Assembly (NCBI GenBank): GCA_002811645.1
Contig: PDIP01000145.1
Coordinates: forward strand, 64,772-128,771
DNA length: 64,000 bases
From: Corallochytrium limacisporum Hawaii
Lineage: Eukaryota > Protista > Pluriformea
Direction of reading: 5' to 3'
Below the pieces are notes generated by a model. The model was not told the DNA's origin and did no database searches. It was given only the letters and a program-made list of their open reading frames with translations. The position numbers and the translations under genes are program-made. This document shows, one piece after another, positions 10,901 to 24,080 of the stretch (the stretch's first letter is position 1; every line of letters begins with the position of its first letter).

Positions 10901-13900
10901 TCGGTGTGGGTGACTTGGACACCGGTCTTCACACATGTGCTAGGTGCGTGCTGTCCTCATTGTCAGATACCGGGGGCAAGCTCTCGGCACGTTTTTTCTC
11001 AATGGCAACAATGAATACTTTCCGGTGTAAATATATATATACTGAGGAGGTGAAATGTTCGCCTATTTCTTGGCTGACACACTTAGCACGTCAATATCAG
11101 TTTCCACCCCCTGCTACTTTCCTATATATCTCTCTTCAACAAGAATCCGGAAAGGCCGGGCCCATGTTCTGCCAACTTCTTAAAACCGATAGGGATATAC
11201 TTGTAGATAGAAACCATGCAGTGCGCTCTCTGAATGTCCACAGCAAAAGGAAGTGGGACATTCCATTCGTTCCTTGTAGATGTTTCTAAATGAATATTCG
11301 CGGGTTTCCCACTCATCTAGCAGCGGTCGCTTTGTTATGTTACGTTAAGAATACTTGCTTGATGCATGTTGGTACGTCGATTTGACGCATAGCTCTGTTG
11401 TTTGACAAAGTAGTCACAGCTTCCGTAGTCTTCGTTTCCCCTTCAGTCGTTTCTAATCTCGTTTGCACTAGGGTATATAGGATACCCCTTGTCTGCCATT
11501 CTTTTTGCAGGTTTGTTTGGATGATACCCCACCTTGTTCAGTTGCTGCGCTCCGCTCATCCAAGGGTGTGTTTCATTCTCTCTCTCATTTCAGGAAGGTC
11601 CGACACTGGTATTGCTCTCACTTTCTTGAGCTCTTTGGTCGATGAGTGACCGCTCCCCTTCTATACAAGGCAAGGTAACTGTATGATGCTTTCCCAATAT
11701 AGAAACCGTGCACTAAGACGCTATGGTTTTGACCCGGGATGTTGAGGGAGCTTCGGTTGCCCTCCATCCACCTCCCTTTAGTTCTTCAGTGCCTCCTCGC
11801 AACAGAAACAGGTATGGCATCAAATGACTCAATGGCCATGTGGTGAGGAGCAAGCTGTACCTTGTTGGCTCTTCAATTCCCATCCGCCCCTCAGCCGACC
11901 GCCCCTCTCGGCCCCCNNNNNNNNNNNNNNNNNNNNNNNNNNNNNNNNNNNNNNNNNNNNNNNNNNNNNNNNNNNNNNNNNNNNNNNNNNNNNNNNNNNN
12001 NNNNNNNNNNNNNNNNNNNNNNNNNNNNNNNNNNNNNNNNNNNNNNNNNNNNNNNNNNNNNNNNNNNNNNNNNNNNNNNNNNNNNNNNNNNNNNNNNNNN
12101 NNNNNNNNNNNNNNNNNNNNCACCCCACTCCGCTCTCTTGTTCCACATAAACACCAGTCGAGAAATTCAATATCCTCCTTCTCACATACGAACTATTATG
12201 GCACGGGCTGTAGGAATGCCTGCCGAAAAAGTGCCCGGCAATATGACAAAGAAGGAACTGTCCTCCTTCATTTAAAGATCTTGTTGTTCCCCATGAGTAT
12301 GAATGAGAATGGAAACTAGATCTGGGAAGTCTGAATGAATCCATAACTCCATCTCCAAATTGTTATGGCGCATTGTCGAAGATCAGAAACCAGATGCCAC
12401 ACCACACGCGAGGCCCCACGCTCCCCATTTGCGCATGTTCTTCTCCAATGTGTCTCTGAGTAGTTTGTGTGGTGTGTAACCGCTGAGTCTTTGGATCAAA
12501 CTCCGATCGTCTGTTACTGCTTGATTTGCTTGCAGAGTAGAGTACTTACAAGAAGGAGTACACAGAACATACCTCCATCATCGAATTTTCAATTTGGGCC
12601 CCTTGCTTGAGACAGTGACTTCGGTTGCCTTGTGTGCGACTTCTCACTCCATCTTTCGATTCGGTGTCTTGAAATTTTGTAGAAAAGGGATAGTTGCAGA
12701 TGATTCCCGTCCCCTACTTTGCCTCCATGTCTGTCGTGTAAAATGTGAGCCTGAGGCTATGGTTGAAAAATTGTGAGAGTTGTATGGGGCCCAACCAACT
12801 GTCCGTTTCCCTGTGGGTTTAACAAGTGGCGGTGCTCGGTCTATTTGTTGGAGACAAGGCGCGAAGGATATTTTCAATGGCAAGACACAGCTAACTCGGT
12901 GTCTCCATGGCGTGTTACAACTCATGATTGTGACCCCATGACCATGCGGCTGTCTTTGTTGTGTATGGTGCCTGAATGCTTCGGCCTTATCTCATTTTAA
13001 ATTTTGACACCTTACCACATACTCACACCAACTACGATATCCTTGTAATAGAGTTTTTGATTTTGTTTTGTTCTTCTTGTCGTTGTTTGCAGTGATTAGA
13101 ATATCGTTTGTGGAGAATAACTCAAATTCTATGGAGCCATTGTTTATTATGTGTTGTATGTCTCAGTGGGAGTAACAACTGGCCCGTGGATGGGCAACCA
13201 CGCTCGGTGCCGCCTTTGCTTTATTTGTGCCCCTGTCTGGGTGCATATACACTTCCCACGGAAGAGCCACTGTGCTCCTGTTTGGCCATCTCAGTTCATC
13301 ATCGACAACATCACCACTGACACCAACTTATCATTTCGTTTTGGGGCCCACCTGATTGCGAGCGCTAACCAGACTCACACACTCCCTCACACCCCGCTCA
13401 CTACAAACTCAGGTGATGCACCAAACTCGTTTCAGACAGCCACAGACACAGACACACATGGACACACAACGACACCAATCCCAGCGCAGACGATGGAATG
13501 ATAGCAAGTCCCTAGGCAGCCGGCCCCTTGTGGGTGTGTTCAATGCGTGTTGCTTCTGCCACACAATTGACAATGCAGACCTTAGCGGCCCATGGTGCAC
13601 GCAAAGCAATGATGATCTCCACGGCAGCTGGAACCGCAAAGGACATGGATCAAGTGGGTTCATGTGTTATACTTGGGGTCGCAAGGGGTAAAATAACATA
13701 CAATTCATCGACATCGTCAACCGGTGCCCACCGTGCTCGCACACACAAAACGCAGAGTAACCAAACCTTTTGATGTGATGGAATTCATATCGCTGCGCAG
13801 GGTCTGAGGGTTTACGATGCGCGGTGGCATTCATATCCGTTTACGGTGATGCACCTGTCTCCTCCTTGTGTATGAGTGTGCGTAGAGAATTGTTGCGTGG

Positions 13901-15199
13901 AGAAAAACTTAGACTAATCGCCTTGCAGTAATCGTTGTGGGTGGGGTTTGATTTGAGCGTTGCCATTCATGATCCCTTCTCGGCAAGCCTCAAACTAGGT
14001 TTGGCCTCGCGCACATTGAAATCACAAACATGCTAAGCTACGCTACGTTTCAGGTTCCTTCTGTGTGCGCTCTCCTCGATGCCTCACGATGAGGTCTTTA
14101 GGATGGCGCGGTGGTCCCCCTCCTGCGCACTCATCCTCCCGATTTCTCTTCCGTCTTCAGCCCGATTTCCCTTCCGTCTTCTGCCGTCTTGATCCAAAAC
14201 ACTAGATCCTTTTTTCTCCTCTTTCCTCGTCTTGCGTTCCACGAAGATGCTGTTGCCAGTGGTGCTCCTCAGGGACTCAGAGGTGCAGGCGGGCGCCCTG
14301 GCCGGAATCGTTCTCGTCCTTGTCACCTACCGCTGCCGGTGATGCAGGCAGAGTGCGGTAGTGATGATGTTGAATTTTAATCATGCATTAACGAATGTAC
14401 AGAGTGTTCTCATTGCAGATGAGCGAGGACACTCCCCTTAGTCTGTGGACACGGACCTTAATTAAAACTTTCTCCCCCGTTCAATCCAAGGAAAACACTT
14501 GGTGCCGGGGGAGAGACAATGGAAAATCTTCGGGGATGATTGATGGATGGATGGATGGATGTTAGAAAAGATGAGTTGCTGCTACCAAAACACTGTGATT
14601 CGCACACACCACACCGTCTGAACGGGGACGAAAGATACAAGGGAATTGCGAAGATCCTAACTTACACTTGCACCAACACAACGTGACAGCGATATGATAA
14701 CGCAATGCCTTTACGCAGTCAAAAGCTGGCAAAATTAGCAGAGTGGGACAGACAGGTATTGTTGCTTGGATCAAATCGAACAGCGACACAGTCGAGTTTG
14801 GTGCAGTGTGTGGATGATGCTGATGATGGTGGTGATGTGTGCCACCGATGGTTGACGCTCTGCCGGATTGTATGGGTTGCTCTTGCGCAGGGACTAGTGC
14901 AGTAGTAAAGATTCTTTATGTCACACATATTTTTCATTTCACTCATGTCTTGCGAATCATCGTTCTTCTCATCAAAGCCTCGATCAGCTTTGTTCACCAC
15001 CCTCATCATCAAGCCATCGGGAGAGTGAGTTGCTGAATTTTGTGTCGTGCCAAGGCAGCCACTGAGAGTATTCGTGTTTTGAATGTGAACCCTGAGCGTT
15101 GTTTGCTGTCTTTTTTTGGTTTGCTTCGGATGGGCACGGGGAAGGACCCTTTCTTCTGGGTTTGTTGTTTTCTCAACTTTCTGGGCCCATCTTGACCTC

Positions 15200-15870
15200 T
15201 CAAAAAGGACAAATCTTTGTTTCTGGTTTGCTCCGCTTCAGCGGGCACCATAGCCACGAAAATTGCTATCGGAGAGTGACATTCGGTCACCAGCGAACTG
15301 GTTTACTATCGAGCAGACCAGGACCTCGCTCGGAGGACAGCACCCAATTCCGTGCCTTCTCGTTAGATCCAGAAGTGGTTTACAGCCGGGTTCGATTCGT
15401 GACGCTCCTGGTGTAGAGTCTCGATGCAATTGGTGTTTTCGTTGAGTAGCCAAGCAATGCACCTGAAAGGTACAGATCCAGTGGTGCGTTCCCTTGCGAA
15501 TGTAATGGCAAGTTAACCGGTCGCCGGTTTGCAACTCCGGTATCCGGCTTTCTTGCCACAGGGAACACGATCTGCTGCGACCGGGTCCCCCAGTTGAATC
15601 ATTGGACGGCTTTCCTGGCGCGCTCTCCGTCGCAGTCCGTCTGCCGCCGTGTCTCGTGCATTTATACTCAATACTGAGGAACTGGCCAGCTTGCGTACAC
15701 AGCCCAAAACAAACTTCACAATGGCGTACTTTCTAAGCGCGCACATCCTTCAGTGAGCCTACTCCAGAAGCAACAGAGGCCATACCTGCCACTCCCCAAG
15801 GGAAGCGTATTGCCGCTTACGGCAGTAAACTGACCGCCGCGCGTAGGCGAATGGGCAAAGTCCAAAAACT
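15200..15870 (-). mobile_element. Decayed Ty3/gypsy (possibly chromovirus) integrase C-terminus remnant
   Basis: Minus-strand fragments in order: CPFAY..SV (~15830-15857), ARDTAA...IQLGDPV (~15580-15660), VPFRCIAWLLNENTNCIETL...NPAVN (GPY/F-like, ~15380-15473), EVLVCSIV...FRGYG (chromodomain-like, ~15247-15325). Stops and frameshifts throughout. Confidence 0.4.
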
Positions 15871-18800
15871 AAACGAAGAGTTAGAATTGACCATAATGAG
15901 TCAGTTGTGCCCTTGGGGGGGCCTTGATTGGGCATATTGAACAATACCACTACCACCGGGATCTTCCCGCCGCAGCCAGAATTGTTTCGCCTAGGGACAC
16001 TCGTACACAAGCAAATGACCTCCTTTGGTTTCTTTCAGCCTCGTCAGTATGAGGTGGCACAAGGCCACGGAGTCATCAATCAAACGATCGTATCGCATCA
16101 AGAACGGTGTGGAATGTGTGTTTTGTGTGGATCTTGCGTGTACATCTTGGACGTGTGATGGGTAAACCCACCCATCCAGACTTCAGCAACGTGGCCTGCG
16201 GCCGATGAGAATTTTACCATGAAGTCTAAACATCAATGGAGGCTCAACCGGACTCAACAGGTAATCCCGTGTTTTCTGGTTTCAAGTTAATCATTTTTTG
16301 ACATTCTCTTGAACTATTCACAAACGCCTGGGTTATGGCTAGTGCACATAGCCTGTGCTCTCTACTGACTCCGGAGTGTGTGAACTTGGAGGCTATACCA
16401 GTGGCACAAACAAGTCAAGTCGCCACGGTCACTGCGAAGAGCGGGGCAATTCTTCCGTGAACAGCAGGACCCTTGCACCGCTGGATGTTTCTTCTGGTCT
16501 CTGCAACCGATGCGAAAATTGTTGGTCTCCAGACGCGAGCATGGTTGAAATGAAATGGCAGACTGTAAAACACGACCCCCGGAGGGAACTTGAGAAAACC
16601 CGACGGGTTCGCAGGAGAACTTATGACGAACAGAGCCACAAGGATCGCAACTTTTGTTTCGCGAAGCAAAAAAATTCTTATTTTTAGGACTCCGCCTGCC
16701 GCTGTTATGGACGAACTATCACCGGTTGTTTTTGTCATGGCCCAAGGGTTGCCTATACTGTAGGGCAAACTGTTACACAACGATCGAGGCACTGAGCCAG
16801 TTTGTTATTTTGAATCTGTAGGTTTTTTATCCCCGCCTCTTGGTTGAATACTCTGATATTGGCAGGTTTCTCGAATTCGGTCACTGATTCGCCAATCCCG
16901 TGGTCAGATCGAACGCGCGGGGCCTTAGCAATTCAATGAATATTCCTTGCAGTTCAAATACAATGAGATTCACGGCAAGATGAACACCGGAGCATGGAGC
17001 ATCGGGAGAAACATGAAAAAAAGAGTTGAGTGCAAACTTTGTGTCTATCCCTTGCACGAACACTCGTTTCTATTTCCAGGACTATCTGTAAGAAAAGGGG
17101 GGGGGGGTAAATGTAGGGCACGTAAACCGCAAACAGAACGCTGCCATCGCGCATCCCCCCCCCCCCCCAGGAAATCCAAAGCTTATCCCAAACAAACCCC
17201 TTTGGGGGNNNNNNNNNNNNNNNNNNNNNNNNNNNNNCGAACACTCGTTTCTATTTCCAGGACTATCTGTAAGAAAAGGGGGGGGGGGGAAATGTAGGGC
17301 ACGTAAACCGCAAACAGAACGCTGCCATCGCGCATCCCCCCCCCCCCCCAAGGAAATCCTAAGCTTATCCCATACAACATCATTTGGGGGTTCTGGTGCG
17401 GACATCGATGATCATTCTAATTCATAACCATTAACAATTCGCATGGAAGGCCAATGATAGGATCACTATGCAAACTAGAACGCTTGTAGTAATTAAGTCC
17501 AGTGGATCTGAGTATCCTTTCTTTCGCAGCGCATCCGGTGGTGCGCTTATTGTTTGGTGCTGTATTTCTTCCCGACTTGTTTACGGTTTCTAATAAATAG
17601 ATCAACGATGTCTTGAACCTTACATATGCTTATCGCTCATAGATTCAAGCTGTACCCGCCGGCATGGTGAGAGGATGGAATTTTTTTGGACTGGACTGCT
17701 CGTGACGATTCGTGTCCAGAAATAATCGGACACAACTCGTACGAAAAACTCTCCGCGAGCTCGCCCGCCGGCTATTGAGATCGTGTATCGTAAGTCCACG
17801 ACAAAGGCGTCCAATGTCACCGGCTAAGGCAAACAAATGAAAGTAGCTATATTGACACATATTGCTGTGTGCATGAGAAGGTTCAGTTTCTTCAACGGAA
17901 AGGCACTTCACTGTGGCCCCCGTAAAGGCAAGGGAGAGATTGTTCAAATTTTCTTCATGCTTTTCCATATAGTAAACTGACTCTCTCTCTCTCTCCCTGT
18001 CCTTCAGTCTGTTTGTCGCTGTCGATGTCTCTGTCTTTCCTTCAATAGCTTTGCTGTTTGTATGTTGGTTTCCTGAGATCTGCCAGTCGATTTCGCCAGC
18101 GGAAAATATGTGCTGAAGAAATTGTGCAAAAGTTCCATAGAAAATACATACAAAGGCTCCCTTTTCACTACTCACCTTTCCGTTTATGTTGTCATTTTTT
18201 GCAACAACTCTACGATTCGGATCTGTCGCTCACTGAAGGAATGCATTCTATATGTCGTAGACGTAAAGTTTTCTTCAGTGTGTTTTTACTTGGTCGCCCA
18301 GTGCAACGGGAGTCGCTCTGTTTTGAAGTAAATTGCGACCTGCCTTCTTTGGAAAGTGAAGGCAACGTGGTCCTTTGATGGAGGAAGGGAAGGAAAGCAG
18401 AGAAAGGGGGATGGGCAGGGAATTATTGAGCCTCGGGTGGGTGAGCATCATCACCACAGGTCCTCATGTTTTCTGTGTATGAAGTGATTGGGTCTGGGCG
18501 TTTGATGTACAATATCAAATGGAGGTAGATATATGAAGAGGGTGTGGTATTGCGCACAGGTACATGCTGGTAGCAGCTGCGCAATGAAGGCTCTAGAAAC
18601 TATTGGGATGTCTGGCCAACGAAATTCTGTGAAAGTTGAGCGGATGGTCGCATACTCGTTTCCAAGAGAACTGCAAGAGCATGAGTGCGTACAGGCAGAC
18701 AGATGGTTTCTCCAGAAGGATCATCGACAGAGGAAGCATTTCAGAAAGTTCTTGTCGTCTTTCATTTCATTCTGGTACTGATGAGCAATTCGCTGCATCG

Positions 18801-21800
18801 CTCCAAATGCTCCGATGCGCTTAATGCACTCTCGTTGCAGGCGAGTATCCCAAAATAAATACTGTTTCGTACAGTAGGTTTCGAGTATCTCTTCACAGAC
18901 GTTAGCAGCTTGCGCGTTGCCGGTTTCTGGTGAAAGCGATCTGTCTCGGTTGATCCACGAGAGGAACACTGCCGAGGTATGCGGGTATTGCATTGTGCCG
19001 GGGTTGCGGCACTGGGGGAAACTAGATCCAAACAAATCATAGCTGCGATTGATGACAACGAGAAGGATGTGGAAAAGATGCTAATGGCTGCTGATGACGG
19101 TTGCGCAAAATTTGGTATTCAATATTCAATGTACATGTCCAGCTACGCTATCGCACACTAACATACATTGGCAGCCGCTGATCGCTTTGTCCGTTGGTGA
19201 AGAATTTTATAAACCGTATGTGACTTTCCCTTGAATCTCGTTGTTTGCATTTTGGCGCCTACTTAGTCCCCGGTACGTCCATAATATTGTATAGACACTT
19301 TTGTCGAACCGACGGATATGTTGCTGCCACAGCAAAGAGCATCCTCTGTTCTGCGCCCTCTCGCCTTTAGAGGCGTTGCTGTTTGTTAGGAGGGGACACA
19401 TTCTGCAGCCTTGTAGGGAGGGACAAGGAGGTCGGCTGTCACTCGCAGTGGTCTTCTGCTGTCGCAGTCTGAGCATGGCAGCATAATGGCGAGATACCAC
19501 ACGAACATACAGCCCACAAAGACGCGCTCTGTCTTCAATGGACACTCCCAAATATTTCGGCTCCTCCCACTCCCGCTAGTGTCGAGGATCCACGGGCTTG
19601 GCAGTTTCTAGTGGAAGATGAATTGTCCTGTTTCGCTTTGTATCCTTCTTTCTAGTGTACTTTACACAGTGACCTTGTCCTCTTCTCCTCCCATCTGTTC
19701 CTGGTATATACTTCCTCCTCAGCTCCAGTCCTTTTTCTTTTTTGCGGCGTCCAAGAATTAATGACACTCTTACTGTTACACGGATACCACACAGGTGGTA
19801 CACAGAACCTAGACCGGATGGCCCTCTCTCTACGCACACACACACACACACACACACGTACACACACACACACACACGTACACACACCGCACCTACTACA
19901 CATTCTTTCATTTGGGTTGGGGGAGTGTCTGTGGTTGCCCGCACCTCGTTGTCTGCTGAGATGCGCCCAGGTGCGCCGGCCACGAGAGAGCGAAAGCGGG
20001 GGCTGGGGGGGAAGAGAAGGTATCCACCGCGCGCTGAAGCCGACACACACTGGGCCCATTGGACACTGGACAAGAGAGTAAGAAGTAGAACGTTGTTAAC
20101 AAAATATTGTTGCCTCAAACACCCTCTCTTTGCTCTTATATGTTTGCCTTCATTCTCTCGGTTCAGACAAATCGCATCCCTTATCGATTGCATCTGGTGT
20201 GCCTCACGGTGGCAGTCCAAATAGCGGCAGAAGTGTCTATCTGTGTCCGAGCTCCTCACGCCTCCCACTTCTAAACGTGTTCGCGTTCCTTAGGTCTCAA
20301 CAACATTTCAGCAAGTTCAAAACAGGTTATCATCCCGAACAGCTTGCACTGATGTCGAACATCCACCTGTTCGCGGGAGCATGCAGGAGGGAGGGGAAAG
20401 GGGAAGCAGAGGGAATCTCCTTGAGTCTTTCTCCTCATTCCGGACTCAAACAAAACATGGTAGCGCCACGAGTGTGACCCTTACTTTGAGATCTCAGTGT
20501 GTGTGTGTGTGCATCTTCTTCTGCTTCATTCTGTGTCTGTGTTCCTCGTCACTTCCGTTGTTTACTTCGTATTAGTGATGGGCTTGAAAGATGCCCGTGG
20601 AAGGCCAAGGGCGCAAGTGTGGACGTCCACAATCAACTGACAGTATTCCCAAGTATTCGTAAGTATTTGTGTGAGCATATAACTGCGTTTCCTTGAAAAT
20701 GAGACGCATCAAGTGTCTCTACATTTATCCCAAGCAATATACACACGACCACCGCAACTTCGGATGTGGGTCGATGGTGGTGTTTCTCAATTCCCTAAGC
20801 TTCCTGCGACCAGCGAGTCATACGCCCACGGGTAGGGTCTATTTTGCCGAACAGCTAGACATTTCCTTTCTCCTCGCTTTCATCAGGGTAGTGCCATCCA
20901 ACTCGAAGAACACACTATATAGAAGCCATGGACATCGAAGCCTGTGTCACCTCGCCACACGCTCCTCGACCATGTCGGTTGGCCTCCAGATCGCCAATCC
21001 CCAAGAACTTGTGTAATGCGACAGCAAGGAGGGGCTTGTTTCATGTGGCAAAGTTTTCCACATGGCGGCGGGCATCCAGAGCACATTGTGTGCTCAACTC
21101 TGCCAAACCGGCGGTCTCTGGGGTGTACACTTTCTCCCACTTCTGAGCAACAACCGACCGCCAAACTCCAGTATTTCTCCACAGCAACGGAACGAAAAAC
21201 TCTTCCTTCCACCCAGCAAAAAAAAAACTTTTTCTCCAAATTCTCACAGGCTATGGCGAATTATCCATCGGGTTCCGTTCGATCGAAGAGCCGTGCTAGT
21301 ATATGTATGTAATTCTGAGGCGTATGCGTGAGTGTATCATGGTGCATACCATGCCCAACGGTGATGAATCTGAGCAAAAGGGCTCGACAGGGGACGGGGG
21401 TACTGGGGGTTCTTCGTTGCTCCATCCGACCAACCACCATCAACATCACCGGTGTGCACCGGGTGTACAGTCACGGTCTGGAGATTATTCACCTTCAAGG
21501 TCTACCTTATCGAAAGCACACACGCATACAGAAACGAGAGCAGGTTAGGAACCCGGCGGAACCTAGAAAACAAGTGGGTTTGCGCTGGAAACAAGGACGA
21601 GAAATTCGTGAGGTTTAGAATCAACCGCGTTGCAAAACTTTGCAAACATCTATTCTCTTTCATTTCCCTTCACCCTGTGCCGTTCCGTTTAGTAGACTCG
21701 TATGCCAAATTTGCAGGAGCATAAACACCCACGGAAGAGGAGCTCTTTCTTAGCCAATCCGAAGGTGCATCCGATCAAAGCCGCAAGATGGACAGACCAA

Positions 21801-23489
21801 GGGACAAGGTCCAGGTCAGAACAAGGAAGGGATAAGTATTTGATCACGATGAGCGACTGACCAACCGGATGGCGCCCTGATGATATATTTGAAGCACCTT
21901 GGTAGTGATGGCGCCTTCTGTTGCTATTCAAGGAATGGAGCCGCCTTAGGCATGGCCAGTGCGCTTGCCTGAGGGGCTGTGTGCGAGTTTGGTGTAGATC
22001 TGCTGTCAAAAACTTTTGATGGCGACAACAGACCCCACACCACCGGCCTCTGCATCACAACTCGCAATTCCGGACATCCGAACTGGGATGGGGACGGTCA
22101 ACATCGGTTCCTCAGTAACGATCACGGGTACTGCGGTACATTCGCTACTGCCGGAGGAAGAAGTGCTGGCAAAAAAATAAACTTTTAGGGGTTTTCCTAA
22201 GTCAGGGAGGCGAAAGAGTTGGACGGAAGAAGCCCATCTTTCAAAAAAACAAATTGCGTGGAGTCGTCCGCGTGTGGTGAAGTATTTCTTCCCATCGCAC
22301 CTGCTGTCGTAGATTTACTATAGAAAAACGTGTATCAGTTTCAATAATACAATCATTGTTTAGTGTTCTGTTGTGGGGGTTAGAAACAATGTGTCCACGT
22401 ACGTCCCAGTACATATTTCGAAATAGACTCAGAGGAATTTCAGCCCCACTTTTTTTTTGTCGCAGAGTCTTCGTATCCAAGGCCAAGGGGGTGAACGGTA
22501 GGGACAATATTTTGCCAGGTCTACAATACCCGTGTTTTCATAATAAATGTACTTCATATTTCAGTCAATTAATGGCGGAGTCCTCTGTTTTGTTATTTCT
22601 TTTATTCCGCTCGAAGGAGTTTTTTCGACAGCACCTCAGAGTGTTCGTTCATTTCAACGTTTCGAAATTTGAAATGCGCTCTGGATTATCGAGCTTTGTT
22701 TCGCAGCAAATACGTACCAACGAAAACTACTTTATTGCAACTGTCGTTGTTCTGCAGTGCCAGTTTCCCTCTCGCACATTTTTTTTGTATGAGGGCACCA
22801 CGTACCGCAAGGGCGTAGCAAAAGATTTAGGTTTCAATTACTTTGGAGTTGGATGGTCCGACATTGTCGCAAGTAGTCGCCACAATCGCCGAGGAGAGGG
22901 TTAAAAACAGGCACATTATACGCTGGGTGTTCCCGACTGTTCGGCGCACTGTGAGTTGAAGCGCGACTCGTGTGTTCGCTATTCCTCGGTAGGTGATTTC
23001 CTCAGTACGAGGTTAACTAACCGAAAGCGCGAACAACCAAGCAGAGAACAAGGGAGCGCATGGGAGAGAAAGAGAGAAGGCGAGGGAGAACGAGACAGAG
23101 ATCCTGACCGACACAACCAACACATACAATCCACAGTGATGGAGAATTTGGTGAGATGATATGAGTCCGCGAGTGTGAGAGGGAGACACGGAAAATGTAT
23201 GTGTCTGATATTGAAAGGGGGGAGGTGGGCGACCCTTTTGTGCGCGTGGAAAGGAGTTGAGTGTGTGAAGGCTTGCAAAATTAAAAGTTTTTCTTTCGTG
23301 CTCTCGCCGAGCTGGTGGGGTCATTTCAGTATAATCTGGATCATGGACTATATGTTTGGCCCACTTTCATGTTCGAGGAAGCAAAATTCGAGTGGGAAGA
23401 GATAACCCTTGCAGCTCCCAGGTCGTCCGCGGGATGTTCCGTGTTTCTTGTTGAGCGCCAGTCGCTGTCCGTCCTGCCTTAACATCAGG

Positions 23490-24080
23490 ATGGAGCGATG
23501 TCAAAGGGTACGGTATCGGACGCCGATGCTTCAGACCTCGCCCCCGTCACATATTTTAGTGGCGGACATGCACCATCGTCGTCTAGAGATGGTACCTGAG
23601 ACGAAAACAGGAACATTCTCTAGGGCATACCTAAAGGGAAAGAGATGACTCTCTTTGGTCTCGACCACCAAATTAGAGCGACAATCAAGAGGGGATAAGG
23701 TGTCGATGAGCAGCTGTACCATACCAAACGTCATGGAATAGCCAAAGGAGGCCTTGAGGTGCGGATGACATTCGTCAGCGCCATATGGAAAGAAAGAGCT
23801 GCTTCACACCCAGAAAGGAATGATCTAAACTGCCCGCTCTCTCGTGTTGGCGTTGCATAGCCACGTACAGGAGAGCTGCTCGAAGATGACGAGTGTCACG
23901 AACTCGCTGTGCAGAAGTTTGAACGCTGGCACCAATTCCCCAATACCTGGATGGGAGCGGCAACCCCTCGTAGAATCTCTTCGAAATCTTTCATCAATTG
24001 TTGGAAGACCAGAAGCGAAGGTATTGGCTTGTTCCATCACTGGGCTAGAGAATTGTTTGCAGTTGGTTTGGCTCGATGCT
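23490..24080 (-). pseudogene. Possible degraded coding remnant, identity unknown
   Basis: ORFs 23825-24040 and 23531-23734 lie in the same minus frame, separated by only two stops, so the frame is nearly open for ~190 codons. No motif recognised. Confidence 0.2.

Noticed and set aside
11826-11832. AP-1-type TGACTCA site (also TGAGTCA near 15897) as bZIP autoregulatory elements
   Set aside because: 7-mers of this kind are expected by chance in 64 kb.
12195-12850. Pogo/Tc1-like DDE transposase motif remnants on the minus strand (IDRAP..KPTGKRT, LIFDNAP, ILPG, FLQP)
   Set aside because: The motifs lie in different frames, the D-to-LQP spacing (~58 aa) is longer than expected, and no TIRs were found. 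Too weak without a search.
17057-17377. ~140-bp direct repeat (17057-~17195 and 17238-~17377) that could be taken for an LTR
   Set aside because: The copies directly flank a 29-N gap and differ mainly in homopolymer lengths, which is typical of unmerged contig overlap.
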